From Octopus bimaculoides (Eukaryota), in the NCBI RefSeq assembly GCF_001194135.2, contig NC_068982.1, positions 65,707,408 to 65,771,407 of the forward strand: a DNA stretch of 64,000 nucleotides, given 5' to 3'. A program made the position numbers and the translations under genes. The notes under the pieces are model-generated. The model was not told the origin of the DNA and did not search any database. It saw nothing but the letters and a program-made list of their open reading frames with translations. Numbering within the stretch: the first letter of the stretch is position 1; the number at the start of each line of letters is the position of its first letter. Shown here piece by piece: positions 1 to 14,037 of this stretch.

Positions 1-60
1 ACTTTTAACACATTTCTCATATTACGCGAACTATTTCATTAGTTATAATGTAACTCTATT

Positions 61-2080
61 CTACAATTGAGAAGTAGCGAAGCCTGGATTGGCAGCCGAA
101 CACAACCAGTTTGCTGCTGAGAAAGGTGTCACAGTATATAACATCCTAGATGACGGGGCCCTACTACCGTGGAACGAGAAAACTGTCATGCCATTTGGCT
201 TTTTATCATCCCCTCTCCTTAGCTTTGTTGGCTCGAGCTGGGAGAGGAAGCCTGCAGTGTCTAGGCCATGGTTTATGATCTCACCGAGAGCAGCATAGCA
301 TGGAAGGTGGTCAGCACTATAATGGCATGAGGAGTGCAGACCTAAAGAATCCACAGTGGATCCTAAGCGGCATTTGTGAGGTTCGGAGGCCACGCCTCAG
401 AGAAAGACCGACGTGCAAATATTTGCTATCCAGCTGAGTGTCAGTTGAGAGTGATGGCACTGAATTTAATCAGGCACCGCTATGGGGATGAGAGGCCAGT
501 GGAAATATAATAGACGTTGCTGGTCAAGAAAGTACACCAGCCTGTTCGAGATGATGTTGTACTGGATAGCGTCCCATTTGTCTTGTGGGGGAACCGGACA
601 TCTACAAAGGGGAGAGGGGGTGGAGGTCCACAAAGGGGAGAAGGGGGATGGAAGTACACATGACAGAGCCCAAGAAGGTCCATGTCGTCACGTAGGCCAC
701 TCGGCACTCCTCGATCACAGCTGGTTCATCTGTGTTGCGGAGATCCCGTTGATGAGGACATGGCAAAATTTTGCCAACGAGAGAAATGCCGGTAGGGTCA
801 GTGAGACCCGGGACTGGAGGCCGAGACCGCCATATCTGACGATATCTGTTGTCACTCAGTGTCATCAAACCGGATGTTGCATATCTCCTCAGCGGCCTGT
901 TGGGTACAAGTGTGGTTGTAGCAAAGGGTACCGAGAGAGGTATATAGAAACTTTGGTAAGGTGAAGCAGTTCCTTAACAGAAAGAATGCTGAATGGACAA
1001 GGATCAGGCTCAGTCTGTTTGTCAGAGTTTCGAATTGGCGTAGCCTGGACCTGAGAGTGGAGCAAATGGTAGGCTAGGATCAGCAAACACCGTCCTTCTT
1101 CCTGAGAACGATTAGCCAAGCTGAAAAGAAGAGTCCTCGAGAATAAGGGTCTTGCATGCCGTTAATGAACTTGCTGGTGAGAACCGCAGTTACGCTCAAC
1201 AGGCAGCACTTAGCTTTGGCAGTAAGGGGAGTCAGGAAGTCTTTGAGGTGGCTAGGTCGGAGACCATCGGCACCTCTGTTGCTACTGGCAGGGCAAGACT
1301 TCGGAGCAGAGAGGATGTCTTTCTTAATATCCACATATAGCGGCTAAGGGTCGGGTGGGGGTATGGATCAGAGGTCTGTAGACGGCTCAGGATGTTTAAG
1401 CTGGAGAGCAGCCAAAACCTTCTCGGTAGGATAGAAGACGATGTCATCAGAGGTTACTACTCTGACAGCAGCCAGAACAACCCCCTAGATGAATTGGCAT
1501 TTACTCGTTTGTGTAAACGCTTTCAGTTGAGTCAGGAGTTGAAGACTGTGGGTGCGTGAACAAGCAGAGTGCGGCATTCTCGGACACACTGGGTATGGGC
1601 ATCTGCCAAAAGGCCGAAATATTGACCCGCATCGATGTTGAGGAGGCTGAAGGTGAGTAGAGCGAAATAAAACAATCGTTACCAATCACTGGGTCAACAA
1701 GAGTCCAGGGCTTTTTTAATAGAGAATCTGAGGGCATAGGCCGCCAGCACCAGGACTGCTTTCAGAATCTTAAGAGCGATCTACCAAAGCTTCCCAAACT
1801 GGTCGATGTTGACCAGTGAGGGTTGGGCTTCGAGCATGCACGCTGTTTTGCCTGAGAGTGTTGCAGATGACCGCAGCCGAGAGGAAGAGGCAGCTGAGAG
1901 CGCATTTGAGGTCTGTCGTGTGAAGCCAACATAAGAGAGATGACGGAAGCAGCCACAACCCGAACAACTCCTGATTCTCTTCTACATATCGATGGTAGCA
2001 CCCTGCGGGGATGGGAGTGAAGCGTACAATCAGGCACTAGAGTACTGTTCGGCAAGGTGGGTGTAGTAATTTTTTTTAGG
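61..2080 (-). mobile_element. Degraded CRE-like non-LTR retrotransposon (RT plus restriction-like endonuclease)
   Basis: Minus-strand fragments SSNRGADGLRPSHLKD...FFSAWLIVLRKKDG (1080-1334) resemble the CRE-clade RT N-terminus. EPTKLRRGDDKKPNGMTVF (61-393) resembles the EPxGLxRxDGKRPDG REL endonuclease. Many stops and frameshifts; boundaries approximate. Confidence 0.7.
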
Positions 2081-2569
2081 GTCGAGACAGTGATTGGTAT
2101 CTAGAAGATGGGTGACAGATGAAGTTATAATGCTGATGAGGCGATGGTTGCGGGATTGAACAAACTAAGGGCTTGAGTTGTGTAGAAAAATGTGTAAAAT
2201 GTAGAAGTGGTTGTTGTGTTTGTGCGTGTATGTTAGTGTGTGCGCGTGTGTGTGTGCGTGTGTGTCGGAGTGTATGAAAGGAGAAAGATGAAACTAAGAA
2301 AAAGGGAAATTTGAAATATGTGAAAATAAATAGATATAAGTACAATGAAGAGATAGATAGACAGATAGATAGAGAGAGAGAGAGACAGAGACAGAGAGAG
2401 AGGGGGGGAGAAATCTGAAGGAAAAGAAATTTGAGATGTTTGAAATCTACAGCCCTTTCTCTTTCTTTCTTTTTTCTCGTGTCAATCACTATATGTAACC
2501 TGTCTATCCACTAGTATGTATGTTTACATATATATATTTATATATCGTAGCGGATCATATATCAGAAAA

Positions 2570-3140
2570 AGAAGCACACTCTAAAGTTAGAGCAATAATA
2601 TCTTTACAGGAAGTTAATTATACAGTCGGTCATAGAGTGACCGATGGTTTCACATCCATAAAAGGCTTAGCCTTGTAGACGACTCATCAGACTTCGATGG
2701 CCGCGGACATATAACCTCTCTTCAAACGTGAAGTAGAAAACCGCTATGGTCAGTCAATTTGTAAACAAAAAAATATCATACATTGTCTCAGCCATAAACG
2801 GGATGGGTTATCGCCCTTAGATCAGTCCATTCATTAAATTTTTATTGCCCTAATCGACAAACGGGGAATCTGAAACCTCCAGCAGGTAGCGTTTAAAAGG
2901 GTCTTCGGCTCAAGCAAGACTAAGGATCCTTGCCTGCTCTGCGATACAAAGCTTGTATTATCTGCTCCCGTTTACATAGGACCCTGATTGCTTTATGAGC
3001 CTCCATTTAATTTCATATGTAGTTCTTTTATCCTTAAGGCGCCACACATGGTAAGTCAAGTACATGACATAAGGTCTTTCTGGAACCCTAAAAGAGGACC
3101 TGTGGTTGTACAGGCGTTGCTTAATAGCAGTTCCAACCAA
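2570..3140 (-). mobile_element. Penelope-like element 3' fragment (GIY-YIG endonuclease remnant plus terminal repeat)
   Basis: ORF 2958-3236 contains YIGLVGTAIKQRLYNHRSSFR...HVWRLKDKRTTYEIKWRLIKQ, typical of PLE GIY-YIG. It is followed by a CTGATGA...GAAA core at 2690->2648. Confidence 0.7.
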
Positions 3141-3519
3141 ACCAATATATCTCCAAGCTTGAGTACTGGTTGTGTTATCGCCTCTGGTTTCTTCCGTTGG
3201 CCACAGGCCTGATGTTGCTGTTGTTGCTACTATCACTACCGTCAGTATTGTTATTACAGGGCGTGGGTCTAGTGATACCAGTTGCTGTTGCTGGAGTAGT
3301 AATCATTCCCAGTCGCAGTATTAGTGTTGCCTGCTTTGTTGTGGCTGCCATTGGTGTGATTTCTGGGTGTGTGACTGGTAGTTCTGCTGGTGCTGGCATG
3401 GCTGTCATCTTCGGTCATGGTACTGGTATTGGTGCTGCAGTCGTAGTTGTTGGTTTTGGTGTCTCTGCTGCTGCTGCCTCCACCATTGCCATTGTTGTCG
3501 CTAATTAAATGCTGGGTCA

Positions 3520-4140
3520 TAGAACAATCAGATCCTATATAAATGGGAGCAGACAATACAAGCCTTGTATAGCTTAGTGGGCAAGGATTCCTAAAGACTC
3601 ACTTGAAACACCTTCAAGCAGTACCTCTGCAACCATAAATCCTCATTTAGGATCTCAGAAAGACATTATGTCACATCCTTGGCCAGCCATGTATGGCACC
3701 TGAAGGATGAAGGGACTTCACATGCAAGATCTTATAAAAGCTGGGTTCCTACATCTGTGGGAGCAAACATTGCAAGCTGTGCATAGTGGAATGAGTGAGG
3801 ATATTAAAGAGCTCCCTCATCCTGGGGAGCATCTTAAATTCCAGGATGGAAGTCTACAGATCTTGTTTACACTTCAGGTGATTCCTACTGAAATCCTGGG
3901 ACCTACAAGCTAACTGGGTGGATTCCGGATAGTGATCTAAGGGAGACAATCCCTTAAGCTTATCCTTTCTTTGTCTGTGTGTTCAAAACCTAGCCATAAT
4001 ACCTTTTTTCCCTCCAATCTGAAGAGAGGTTATAGGCCACTAGAGTCTGATAATACATGTGTAAAGCCAAGTACATGACATAATGTGCTTTATGGATGTG
4101 AAACCCTGGGTAACCCTATGAACTGGCTATAATTAACATT
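3520..4140 (+). mobile_element. Second, older Penelope-like fragment, inverted relative to 2570-3140
   Basis: Translates KQYLCNHKSSFRISERHYVTSLASHVWHLKDEG. It shares 'caatacaagc(c/t)ttgtat' and 'gaagagaggttata...ttatggatgtgaaacc' blocks with the reverse complement of the first copy. Confidence 0.6.
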
Positions 4141-5194
4141 CTCTAACATAGATAAATAAATATGAGTGCGTGTGTAATGATTTACATGTGCAGCAAGGAG
4201 TCAGCAGAAAGTAACAACTGTATGCACCAAATAAATGAAAGAAGAAATATTATTGTTAGTTGAAATGGTCCATTATTTTCATCATTACAATGTAAAATAC
4301 AATTTTTTTCAAGCTGTTGTACCACACAGATTAATTGTAGTTCTGTTATCAATTCTGTTGGTAGTTAACTTCATCTATGAATGACTGCAAGAAGACAGAT
4401 AGCAAAATGAAAGAAAGTGTAAGAGAGTCTACCTCTCTGAGTTGAAAAGTAGAGAGGGTAAAAGTTGTATTTTCCTGGATGACAAGCCATAAATGAAGGT
4501 AGAAAAAAAGTGAGCAAATCAATTTTGGGTTCTGTATTTATATTTTTTTAAACTAAATTAGGTCAGGCTAAACAAAGAATTTTCCATCTATCTTGTCCGA
4601 ACTCTATTTAACCTAACAATGTTCACTTAAACAATAGAACTCCTTTAAATGTGTCAGTTGGCTATAATAAATTTCTAAGTGCCAAGACCAAAAACAATAG
4701 GAAGGAATTGTAGAAAAATCTTGATTCAGTTTTGAATCTTGGCCAAGAATCTAGGAAGCTATTTGTTACATATGTATATATGATATACTTTGTGTGTGTG
4801 TGTGTATCTTTTATCTGTTACTTGTTTCAATCATTAGACTGCAGCCATTCTGGGACACCGCCCTGAAGAACTTGAATCAAACAAATCAACCCCAATATTT
4901 ATTTTTTTTAAATCCCCAATGCAAATTCTATCGATCTCTTTTGCCAAACCACTTAAGTTATGGGAACGTAAACAATCAATACCAGTTGTCAAGTGGGACC
5001 CTTCCCCAATTGCTAGATGTCCTTTAAATTTGAAATCTTAATTGTTGATATGACATGGTATGTCATAAGTGTCTGTATATTGTCTTTATCGTCATTTGGG
5101 TTATAAAATAAACAGTTTAATCAATGGAATACAGTGTCTGCAAGTTAATGAGTACCTATTGCTATATATACCTATTGCTATATATACCTTATTG

Positions 5195-5226
<32 letters not shown>

Positions 5227-5371
5227 GCATATACAAAGGCTTCTTTCAACCAAATCCACTCACAAGGCTTTGGTTAGCCTGGCATTATAGTACAAGACAC
5301 TTGTCCAAGGTGCCACACAGTGGGACTGAACCTAGAACCAAGTGGTTGGGAAGCAAACTTCTTACCTCATA

Positions 5372-5408
<37 letters not shown>

Positions 5409-7412
5409 TGTTACAAAAATGTTTTACTTGGAAAGAAAAAGTGGATTTTCATTTAGGCCTATTGATTTGAACCTGAATCTACAGAATTCCCTTTTAGCGT
5501 ACCACAGCATTTTCTCGCGGAGAGACAAGAATTGACAGCTGAGACATTCAACACAAGCCAAATTATGTATTCTCCACTTGACTCTTTTAACCCCTCCAAA
5601 CAAACAATAGCTGATAGGAAATACGGAAGATACCAACTGCAGTTCCCATTGTTTTCAGAGTGGCATGTCTCTCTTTCTTACCATGTTATGATAATTGTAA
5701 ATACAGACAGTCCACTAGCTAAAGTCAGTTAGTCAAAGGAGTTGGCGAAAGAGACGACCTCGAAATAGTTGGTAAGGTGAAGATGACAAGAGGCAACTAT
5801 GATATCTATAACTTTCACTGTCTCTATCACCCTTTAAAGGTTTATTACTCCAACTAATGACATAAACAGTAACCAACAACACAAGAAGAAAACGGTTAGA
5901 GCAACTTCCCTTTTGTTTTGATCGACTTTTGAGGATTTGTAATGAAACAAGGAAATCCACCTGTCTTTAAGAACTGATATATATTCAACTATTTGTAACA
6001 GCTCTGTGCTTGAACTCTGATATTTTGTGACGGCTTGTGTTTTGGACTCAGATGATTATAACAGCTTTGAGCTGCCTTCGGTCTGTGTATTTTATGCCAT
6101 TCATTTAATACACATCTAAAATCCTATGGGTTGTTGTTTTATTTGCTGTTGCCTTTGTCTAACCCATAACCAATCTTATACACACACACACACATATATA
6201 TAAGCACTTCAATTAATCAATGTTCCTCATCATGTCACCCTCCCCTACACCATATCATCTGCTGCAGCCCTCCTCCCTCCATCACTTTTCTTGCTTGCGA
6301 CCTAGAAACCTCTCACCTGTTAACCATTCTTCACCCATTAATACTTTTCTCCACACCTTCATGTTACAGTAGTCATCGTTTTCCCTCCCCCAGACCGCCA
6401 AATTATTCCCCCTCATGCACTAAGCTTGTTTATCTCTACTCTGTTCCTTCAAGGCAGTGGTCTAATGACTAAAACAGGTAAAAGATAGAAGTTTAATGAA
6501 AAAAAAAATGAGCAAAAATGGAAGAAGAGGCATAAATTCCTTTTTTTCATTTTACAATGTTAAAATCTCTACAGTTGTCTAAATTTGAACTGTTTACAAC
6601 AACAACAAAAAAAAAAAAGAAACAAAAATGATGAAACAATTGATAAAATATTATTTATTATAACATGGAATGCTTTACACTTTTTTATATAAGTTTGAAA
6701 TGAAATTTTATTACTATTATTGAAATTACAATAGTTAGGCAGTCTGTGGCTATCTGATAAATCAATTTGTTTTCGTTTTAATTTCTTGTTGAAATATAAA
6801 TGGAATGAATTTTAAGGCAATGTAAAGACATATATAATGTGTTAAGGTAACATAAAGTGATATCTAATTTAACAAATGAAAAGCTGACTACAGATAGCTT
6901 CTAACCATCTAGAGAGGAAAGTTGAAAAACCTTTATATATTCCAGGTGCAAAGGCCTATCTTCAGAAAGATAGAGTCAGAGAAATGTGTCAATGAAGACT
7001 CTGCTATTTGAATAGCTGAATGGGCTGTAACCTCGTTTCAGTCCAGTGATTGTGCTAACAGCAGCTGACACAAGTGTTGTTGACAATGGAGGTAAAATAT
7101 CATTGTAGTAGCTGGTGATGGCATTGGTGGTACATGTCCTTTTAGCAGTCATTGACAAGGTGGTGGCTGACAATAGCAACAATCACATTGCAGCAATAAA
7201 AAGCGTTATATAATATATTTTAAGATGAAATAAACCGAGATATGAATTTAAAAGATTACATGGTATAAACTTGATTATAATAATAAAACTTGATTATAAT
7301 AAAACTGTTATATTTATTCCACCCAGTTCAGGATTTTTAAAAAATGTGCAATATAAAATATAATTATGGTTTTAAAAAGAGAATATCACATGAGAACTCT
7401 AATGAATTTTGT

Positions 7413-7514
7413 TTATGATTTTCTCAATGCAAAAAAGCCGACTATTAATGTAGCAGCTACACCTGCAACTATAATCCATGGCAAGTTCTGAGTTGATTTT
7501 TGAACAATTGCAGT
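7413..7514 (-). CDS. Bcl-2/Bax-family gene, last coding exon (C-terminal TM anchor)
   Basis: Acceptor ttttgcag, phase 0, TAIVQKSTQNLPWIIVAGVAATLIVGFFALRKS*: a hydrophobic tail followed by basic residues, typical of a mitochondrial tail anchor. Possible AATAAA at 7318-7313. Confidence 0.85.
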   Translation of the reverse strand, partial: TAIVQKSTQNLPWIIVAGVAATLIVGFFALRKS

Positions 7515-10432
7515 CTGCAAAATTTGAAAGAGAAATTAATTTTAATTATCATTATAAGCAAGAATATATAATAATGTTTGGATAGTATAAAGTAATTTTA
7601 GTTTGAGATGCTGGTGCCATGTAAAAAGCACTTAGCTCATTCTGCTGGATGGCTGGAAGGGCATCCACTCGTAAAAACCCTGCCAAAACAGACACAGAAG
7701 TCTGGTGCAGTCTCCCACCTGACCAGCTCCTGTCAAACTGTCCAACCAAAGCCAGCATGGAAGACAGACGTTAAACAACAACGATGATGGCAGCGATGGC
7801 GACGACAATAGAATGAAGTAGAAAAAATTGCTTCTTCATGTAGATCTTAAGTTGTCATTTAGCTTTAGACCAGCCTTGATCAAACTGACTCCATAACTGG
7901 TACTCCATACAGCACATTTCCAAAGGTCTCGGTCAGTAGTCATCGCCTCGGTAAAAAAACAAAAAACACAAAATAATGTAGTTCAGGTAGACTGTCTGAA
8001 GAGGAGAAAGACTTGTCAACATTTTAATGTTATTGAACTTGGGTAAGATATTGTTTTAAACAGATTTAGCTGCTATTGCTCATAGGTTGAGTAACTGCAT
8101 GGAGTCTGGATTGCTGGTCAAGCAATTCTCTTTAATGAAATACTGAAATAGATGCAGCATGGAATACCAGATCAATAAGTATTGAGTTAAAAAATGCTAT
8201 ATGCATTTTATTTTGAATTTGGGCAGTACATTTGATGTACTGCCCAGGCACCACAACACTTATGAATGTTACATATGACAAACTGGAGATTTTTCATATT
8301 CAGAAATGTTGAAACATGGAATAAACTACCTACATCAGTTGATAGCTGTCAGTACAGTGTACCCTTCAAAAGTTCCATGTTGATTGAAATTTACAAATAT
8401 TACTCCTTTTATTTTTATGGCTCTGTTAATGTTCATTTTTCTGTCTTTTTGTATTTTATTCTGTGTACTGTGGATGCATTTTTGACTTTCATAACTTGAC
8501 TTATTACTACTTATAATTCTCTCTTTTACGTTTTCCAACTGAGTGAACTTGAAATCTGTATACAATAAACTCATTTTATATCATGCCAAGATTCTGTATC
8601 TCACAAACAAACACACTGCATAAATCTTACAATGTAGTCTCTGATGTGATGAAGAAAATAATATTTGGCATGCAGAATTTGGAGATTACTGTCTGGTATT
8701 TGATGAAAAAATTCTATGCCATAGTTCATCTCATGCTGAACTGACATGGGCTATCACATCAGTCATAGCCTATGCCAAACAACAATAACAACTAAATAAG
8801 GATCAACATATTTCTACACATTTAAAAAATAACCTCAATTGTATTTAAAAAATAGAAAGAGGAAGAAATTAGTTGAAGTAGAGAGAAATGTTAAGAGTTA
8901 AAATTAAGACAATTTGTTAAATTTTCACATGCAAAATGTGTAGAAGGAATGGTTGTCCACTTAATGGTGCAATACTACATCTGCAATCATATATATATAT
9001 ATGCTAGATATTAATATGTACAAATGGTTATGCAGGTATATGAAAATACCTCATGGTGACAACTGCTCCTTGAACAGTTACAGGCTACCCTTTGGCAAGG
9101 CAAAGCAGCCATTCAGCCATCCTGCCAGGAAAATAGTGAAGTCATGGGACAGCAGTATGGTGAATAGTGAAGAGGTAGTGGGAGAGCACAACAGAGCTCT
9201 TATATTGATGCCAAACAGAAGAATTCTAGGATTACCAAGCTCTATCAAAAGAGTAACTGCAATTCATCCATGATCATGTAATCAGCTAATGAAAGATTCA
9301 CTATGACTCAAGCGTCCAATTCAAATTCATAATAATGGGATTGGATGGCAACAGAGAGTGATGGTAATCCATGAAAGCAGTGAAAAAAAAAAGTACAATT
9401 CAGAAACTGGGAATCCTTCTTTCTTTCTTTTTTTTTCTTTTTTTTTTTTGTGGGTGAGTATTTTTCAATAAATTTTCATGCTGCTTCAGCATAAATAATT
9501 CTGAAATTTTTTATTTTCACAAACCATTGCAAATCATGTATTGTTAAGTGTCTTTTCCAATAATAACAACTCAACTGTTAAGGGGTACTTACTTGACTGC
9601 AATATAAACTGATTTCAATAGATATTATATCCAACCACAACAACATTTCATCTCATGACCTTTATGCTATGTATAGTAAAACATAGCAGAAAAATCATGT
9701 TGAACATTGTCAGAAAAATAAGGCATAACTGCATAGGTAAAAATGATATTGTGTAGACTTCATACTTTTCTCAAGGGCATCGTAATATATTTGATATGGT
9801 TTCAAATGGAAATCAAGTCTACTTTCTTCACTCGTGAGGTAATATTTCAATTCATAAGGAGATATAACCATACATAAGGCAATACTTGTACTTATGAGGC
9901 AATATACCCTCTCATGAAGAAACACCCACTTATACCCACTGATGATGCAATATTCCTACTCATGTGGCAATATCTGATAAAGTCTTGTCAACAATCAGAA
10001 AGTGAAGATTACAAAAACTTTTGCACATGAAGTAAATATAGTCATAATTTAAAATTATCAAAACATTTAGAACTTTAAGCCTCCAGGAAAGTTAGCCAGT
10101 ATTCCATTAGTTTGTAGCACTAAACTCACATCCTTCTATAGATAAACTCCTGCCAATCTCAGTTAATGAGGTATTCGGTGTGATATAGAGAATGCTGAAG
10201 ACTGCACCTTACTTCTAAATTCAACAATATTTCTAAGACGCTTACAGTAGACTTTCTGCTGAAAGAAGACTATAAAAATCAATCCTAAAACTGAGTAAAT
10301 TCTATGACTACAAGCATAGACAATGACTATATTTGATTTGGAAGTTCACTATATTAAAAAGATAGAGGTAGAGATAATGAGGCTAGATTTGAAATTATTT
10401 ATCAGTTTAGCAATAATGTAAAATAAACTTAC

Positions 10433-10595
10433 CCATCCACCTTGATTATATATCCATCGTGCAAGACTAATTCCCACAAAATTCGAAATACACAGCAGAA
10501 TTTTTTGAAATATTTCTTTCGTAAATCGACGTAGCAGATAGTACGCAAAGCAGAACAATACCAGTATTCTGCCTTGATTTGAGCAATCAATTAGG
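10433..10595 (-). CDS. Bcl-2/Bax-family gene, coding exon 3 (BH1 and BH2)
   Basis: ataaag|c LIDCSNQGRILVLFCFAYYLLRRFTKEIFQKILLCISNFVGISLARWIYNQGGW|gtaagt. BH2 WIxxQGGW is followed by a phase-0 intron, as in BAX and BCL2. Confidence 0.9.
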
Positions 10596-12476
10596 CTTTA
10601 TAGGAAGATGAAAATAGAGAAAATATAATATCAGGGTTTAAAACGGATTTCATTTGATATCATATAACATTTTAAAAGTGTAAAAAAAAAAGCAATTTTA
10701 TGATAGATATTTTATTCCCCCTGCCTTTTGTAATGACAGCATTTTGAGGAATAAATAAAATGTTTCAAACTTTATGGATAAGCTTGATATATTTAGAATC
10801 ATATTCTATAAACTTAGTAAGTGGTATAATCACTAGCTATGTTGAAAATTTCTCATATGTCTTGATAGTGGTAAACAAATATTTTGTAGTATGAAAATTG
10901 TATTTTTATAGAAAACGAAGGCAAAAAAATCAGGTTAAAAAAGATATTCCCAACTGTGTTCTCCAACTAATTCAAGCAAACCATAGTAGATTGATAAGCA
11001 AATGTTTGTAGAGTTATCAGCTAGCAGACTTGGTCAGCAGTAGTAATGGATCTTAATGTAGCAATGCTTTCTCTCTAGATATAATGATGATTTCTTTTGA
11101 CCACGAGCAAGAAGCAAGAACAATTTTTACAGGAGAGTGACAATAATCAGTTTAATAATCCTATTATAATAATGGTAAAATAGTAATGGAATGTTTTGAA
11201 CAATGTCATTTCTAACATTTCTGTATTGCTTTAGGTCTTTTTTTGCTCATATAAAAAGGGAAGATATAGGCTCAAGCATACACACACATATGCACTCACA
11301 CACATATGCATTTCACCCCCACACAGTTCATCTTCCAGCTTTGAAATTTTATTTTCATGACATTTGTCAACCAAAGGTTATGGTAGAAGACACTTGCTTT
11401 TCCTCACCCCACTCCAGATTCCACATTGTAGGATTGAACCCAGAACCATATAGCTGTAAAGCAAACTTAACTATATAGCAATGCCTATGCCCATTTATAG
11501 CATTACAATTACTTGAACTCCAGTACTCATTGATTTCTTTTGTTTAATTAAAAGGTCCTAGTGGAAGCATAATGGCATAGTGAGGCTCTCATGCCTTTAA
11601 CATGTGCATTTATTGTATAAACGAAGAGAAATGGTTTTGAGTAGAGAATGAAACTTCATAGTAACTGTTAGAGATAGACAATAATTTCTTAACCAAGAAT
11701 CGAAACCTCAGTTTTCATATTTGTTTCCACTGTTCTTGGAACTTGTACTAAGAATTTATTTGTTTAGCCTGTTATACTTGCCACTGTCTTAGGTGATACA
11801 GAGTTTAGTTTAGGTAAGTGCATTCAGTTTCAATGTTAGTGACCTAGTTTAACTTGGTCACAAGTGTAAATTTGAGATACCTATAGAAAAACATTCTCTT
11901 TCCTCTGCAACTTCTAGACAGTTTACTTCTGTCATTTATGGCAACCTCACATGAAACTTGCATCATTTACCTTCCTTCTTCCACATAAATTTAGTGGCAG
12001 ACTGATTTAAGCACTGGACAACAGATTCTCAACCAAAATTGACTGTCCACTAAACAATTTCTGGAGTTTCTTTCCAACTCGTCACAGTTGTGTAACTACA
12101 TAATGGTTGAGTAAAATCTCTATGTTACCACTAACTCATGATGAGTTATGTAACTGTTACTTAACTTTTCTTGTTGGGAATATATCTCTTGCTATATACA
12201 TCTCACTGCTGCAACCGCCAAAACATTTTTTTTTTTGGTCCAACCTATAACAACGTGACAAAGTAAATGTTAACCAGTGATGAGAAAATCTATATCCAAA
12301 CACAATAAACTATCTCACATCTTCACTCTATGATAGCTAAAGTTTTCCACAAGCAAATGACTATATATGTATAAAACAACCACAAGACATATTTTCTAAT
12401 GAAGTAGTAGCAGTTATAGAATATTTGAAATAGTACTGGGGGAAAAAGGCAAGTTTTTTATAGAAAATATTAATAG

Positions 12477-13237
12477 GCGCAGGTGTGACTGTGTAATAAG
12501 AAGCTTACTTCCCAACCACATGATTCCAGGTTCAGTCCCATTGTGTGGCACCTTGGGGAAGTGTTATCTACTATAGCCTCAGGCTAACCAAAGCCTTGTG
12601 AGCGGATTTGGTAGACGGGAAACTGAAAGAAGCCCATTGTATGTCTCTGTTTGTCCCCCTACCATTGCTTAACAACTGATGCTGGTGTGTTTATGTCCCT
12701 GAAACTTAGTGGTTTGGCAAAAGAGACTAATAGAATAAGTACTAGGCTTACATAAGATAAGTCCTGGGGTCAATTTCTTTGACTTGTAGTGACGTCATTT
12801 GGCGCCAAAATACAGTCGCCATTACTGCGCTTTCATCCACGTATGCGCAGGGAATAGTTCCGGAAGGAACACGGGAAGAGTCTCATGTGCATGCGTGGAA
12901 TTCAACATCTAAACGTTCCCGCTAAATTCATTCTCTTTCTCGGTCGGCCGGCCATGAGCATGGACGGGTCAAGCTGTCTCTCCAGCATTCCAACTCTGGG
13001 GACAGCTCATTCCAACATTCCAACGTCTCAGCAACCAAGCCTATTTCCTCCATAAATAAATATTGTTGTGTTGATAGATCAGAGTTCTGCGTTCCGTTAT
13101 TATTTAGAATTTAATATAGGAAAGTGGGTGTACACCTAATGGTGTATAACCACTTCCCTATAGACTAAAACCCTTGAAGGTGGTGCTCTAGCACGGCCGC
13201 TGTCAAATGACTGAAACAAATAAAAGAATAAAGAATA
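12477..13237 (+). mobile_element. tRNA-derived SINE interrupted by a solo LTR
   Basis: Head ggcgcaggtgtgactgtg...ggttcagtccc (B-box-like) and tail ccttgaaggtggtgctctagcacggccgctgtcaaatgactgaaacaaataaaagaataaa. The same family recurs near 5225, 24137, 38395, 47000 and 48095. Confidence 0.75.
12785..13162 (+). mobile_element. Solo LTR-like element (TGT...TATA) with 4-bp TSD GACT
   Basis: GACT directly flanks both sides (12781-84 and 13163-66) and the host SINE resumes afterwards. Internal AATAAA. Homologous to 27239-27541. Confidence 0.65.
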
Positions 13238-13244
13238 AACTTAC

Positions 13245-13385
13245 TCAACAATGTTCATAAATTGTATAACTAATGAATCACTTTTTATATCTAATAGATT
13301 AGCCATGACCTCAAATGCTTCTTTATTTTCTTCATTCACTTTATCTCCAATTTCAGCCAGCTGCTTCCCAACTAATACATACTTT
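13245..13385 (-). CDS. Bcl-2/Bax-family gene, coding exon 2 (BH3)
   Basis: ttttgcag|a KYVLVGKQLAEIGDKVNEENKEAFEVMANLLDIKSDSLVIQFMNIV ga|gtaagt. Has the BH3 LxxIGD motif; phases 2/2 match both neighbours. Confidence 0.9.
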
Positions 13386-14037
13386 CTGCAAAATACAAAT
13401 GATTTTTGAAAGCTCAGTTGATAAATAAATAAATAAGTAAAAAGATAAAAAAGAAAGAACTTTTCCTATAAAGATTCACTGTTGTGTGATATTTAGTATC
13501 AAGAAGAAACTAAAGTGAATTATTCCAAATATAATAATAATCCTTTCTATTACAGGCACAAGGCCTGAAATTTGGGGGCGGGGGATAATCAATTACATTG
13601 ACCCTAGTACTGAACTGGCACTTAATTTATCAACCCTAAAAGGATGAAAGGTAAAGTTGATCGCAGTGGAATTTGAACTCAGTACGTAGCGACGGGCGAA
13701 ATACCGTTAAGCATTTTGTCCAATGTGCTAACGATTCTGCCAGCTCACTGCCTTTTCTAAATATAATAAATAATGCAGACAAAAAATGTGAACATTGCCA
13801 ATGATAAGATGGACAAGATGATAAAATGCATCAAGTATATGAATTAAACTAAGTAAGTACTCACTTGAAATGATTATTCTACCCAAAGTTATATTATCAC
13901 CAATTTTAACCCAAATATTATTTTAGATGAAGAATGAATATACACACGCACACACATATGTACTACAAGCACTGCTACCAGACTTCATCACATCTGCCAG
14001 TCTCTAAACCAGAGCCATCTTAAGGCAGGGGCCTCAT

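Noticed and set aside
3170-3556. Overlapping 77-112 aa ORFs on both strands
   Set aside because: Low-complexity GCT/GTT/GGT trinucleotide tract between PLE fragments; no domain.
9710-9960. ORF 9710-9925 as the Bcl-2 terminal exon
   Set aside because: Degenerate atattgcctcataagt-type tandem repeat; the phase-0 TM exon is at 7413-7514.
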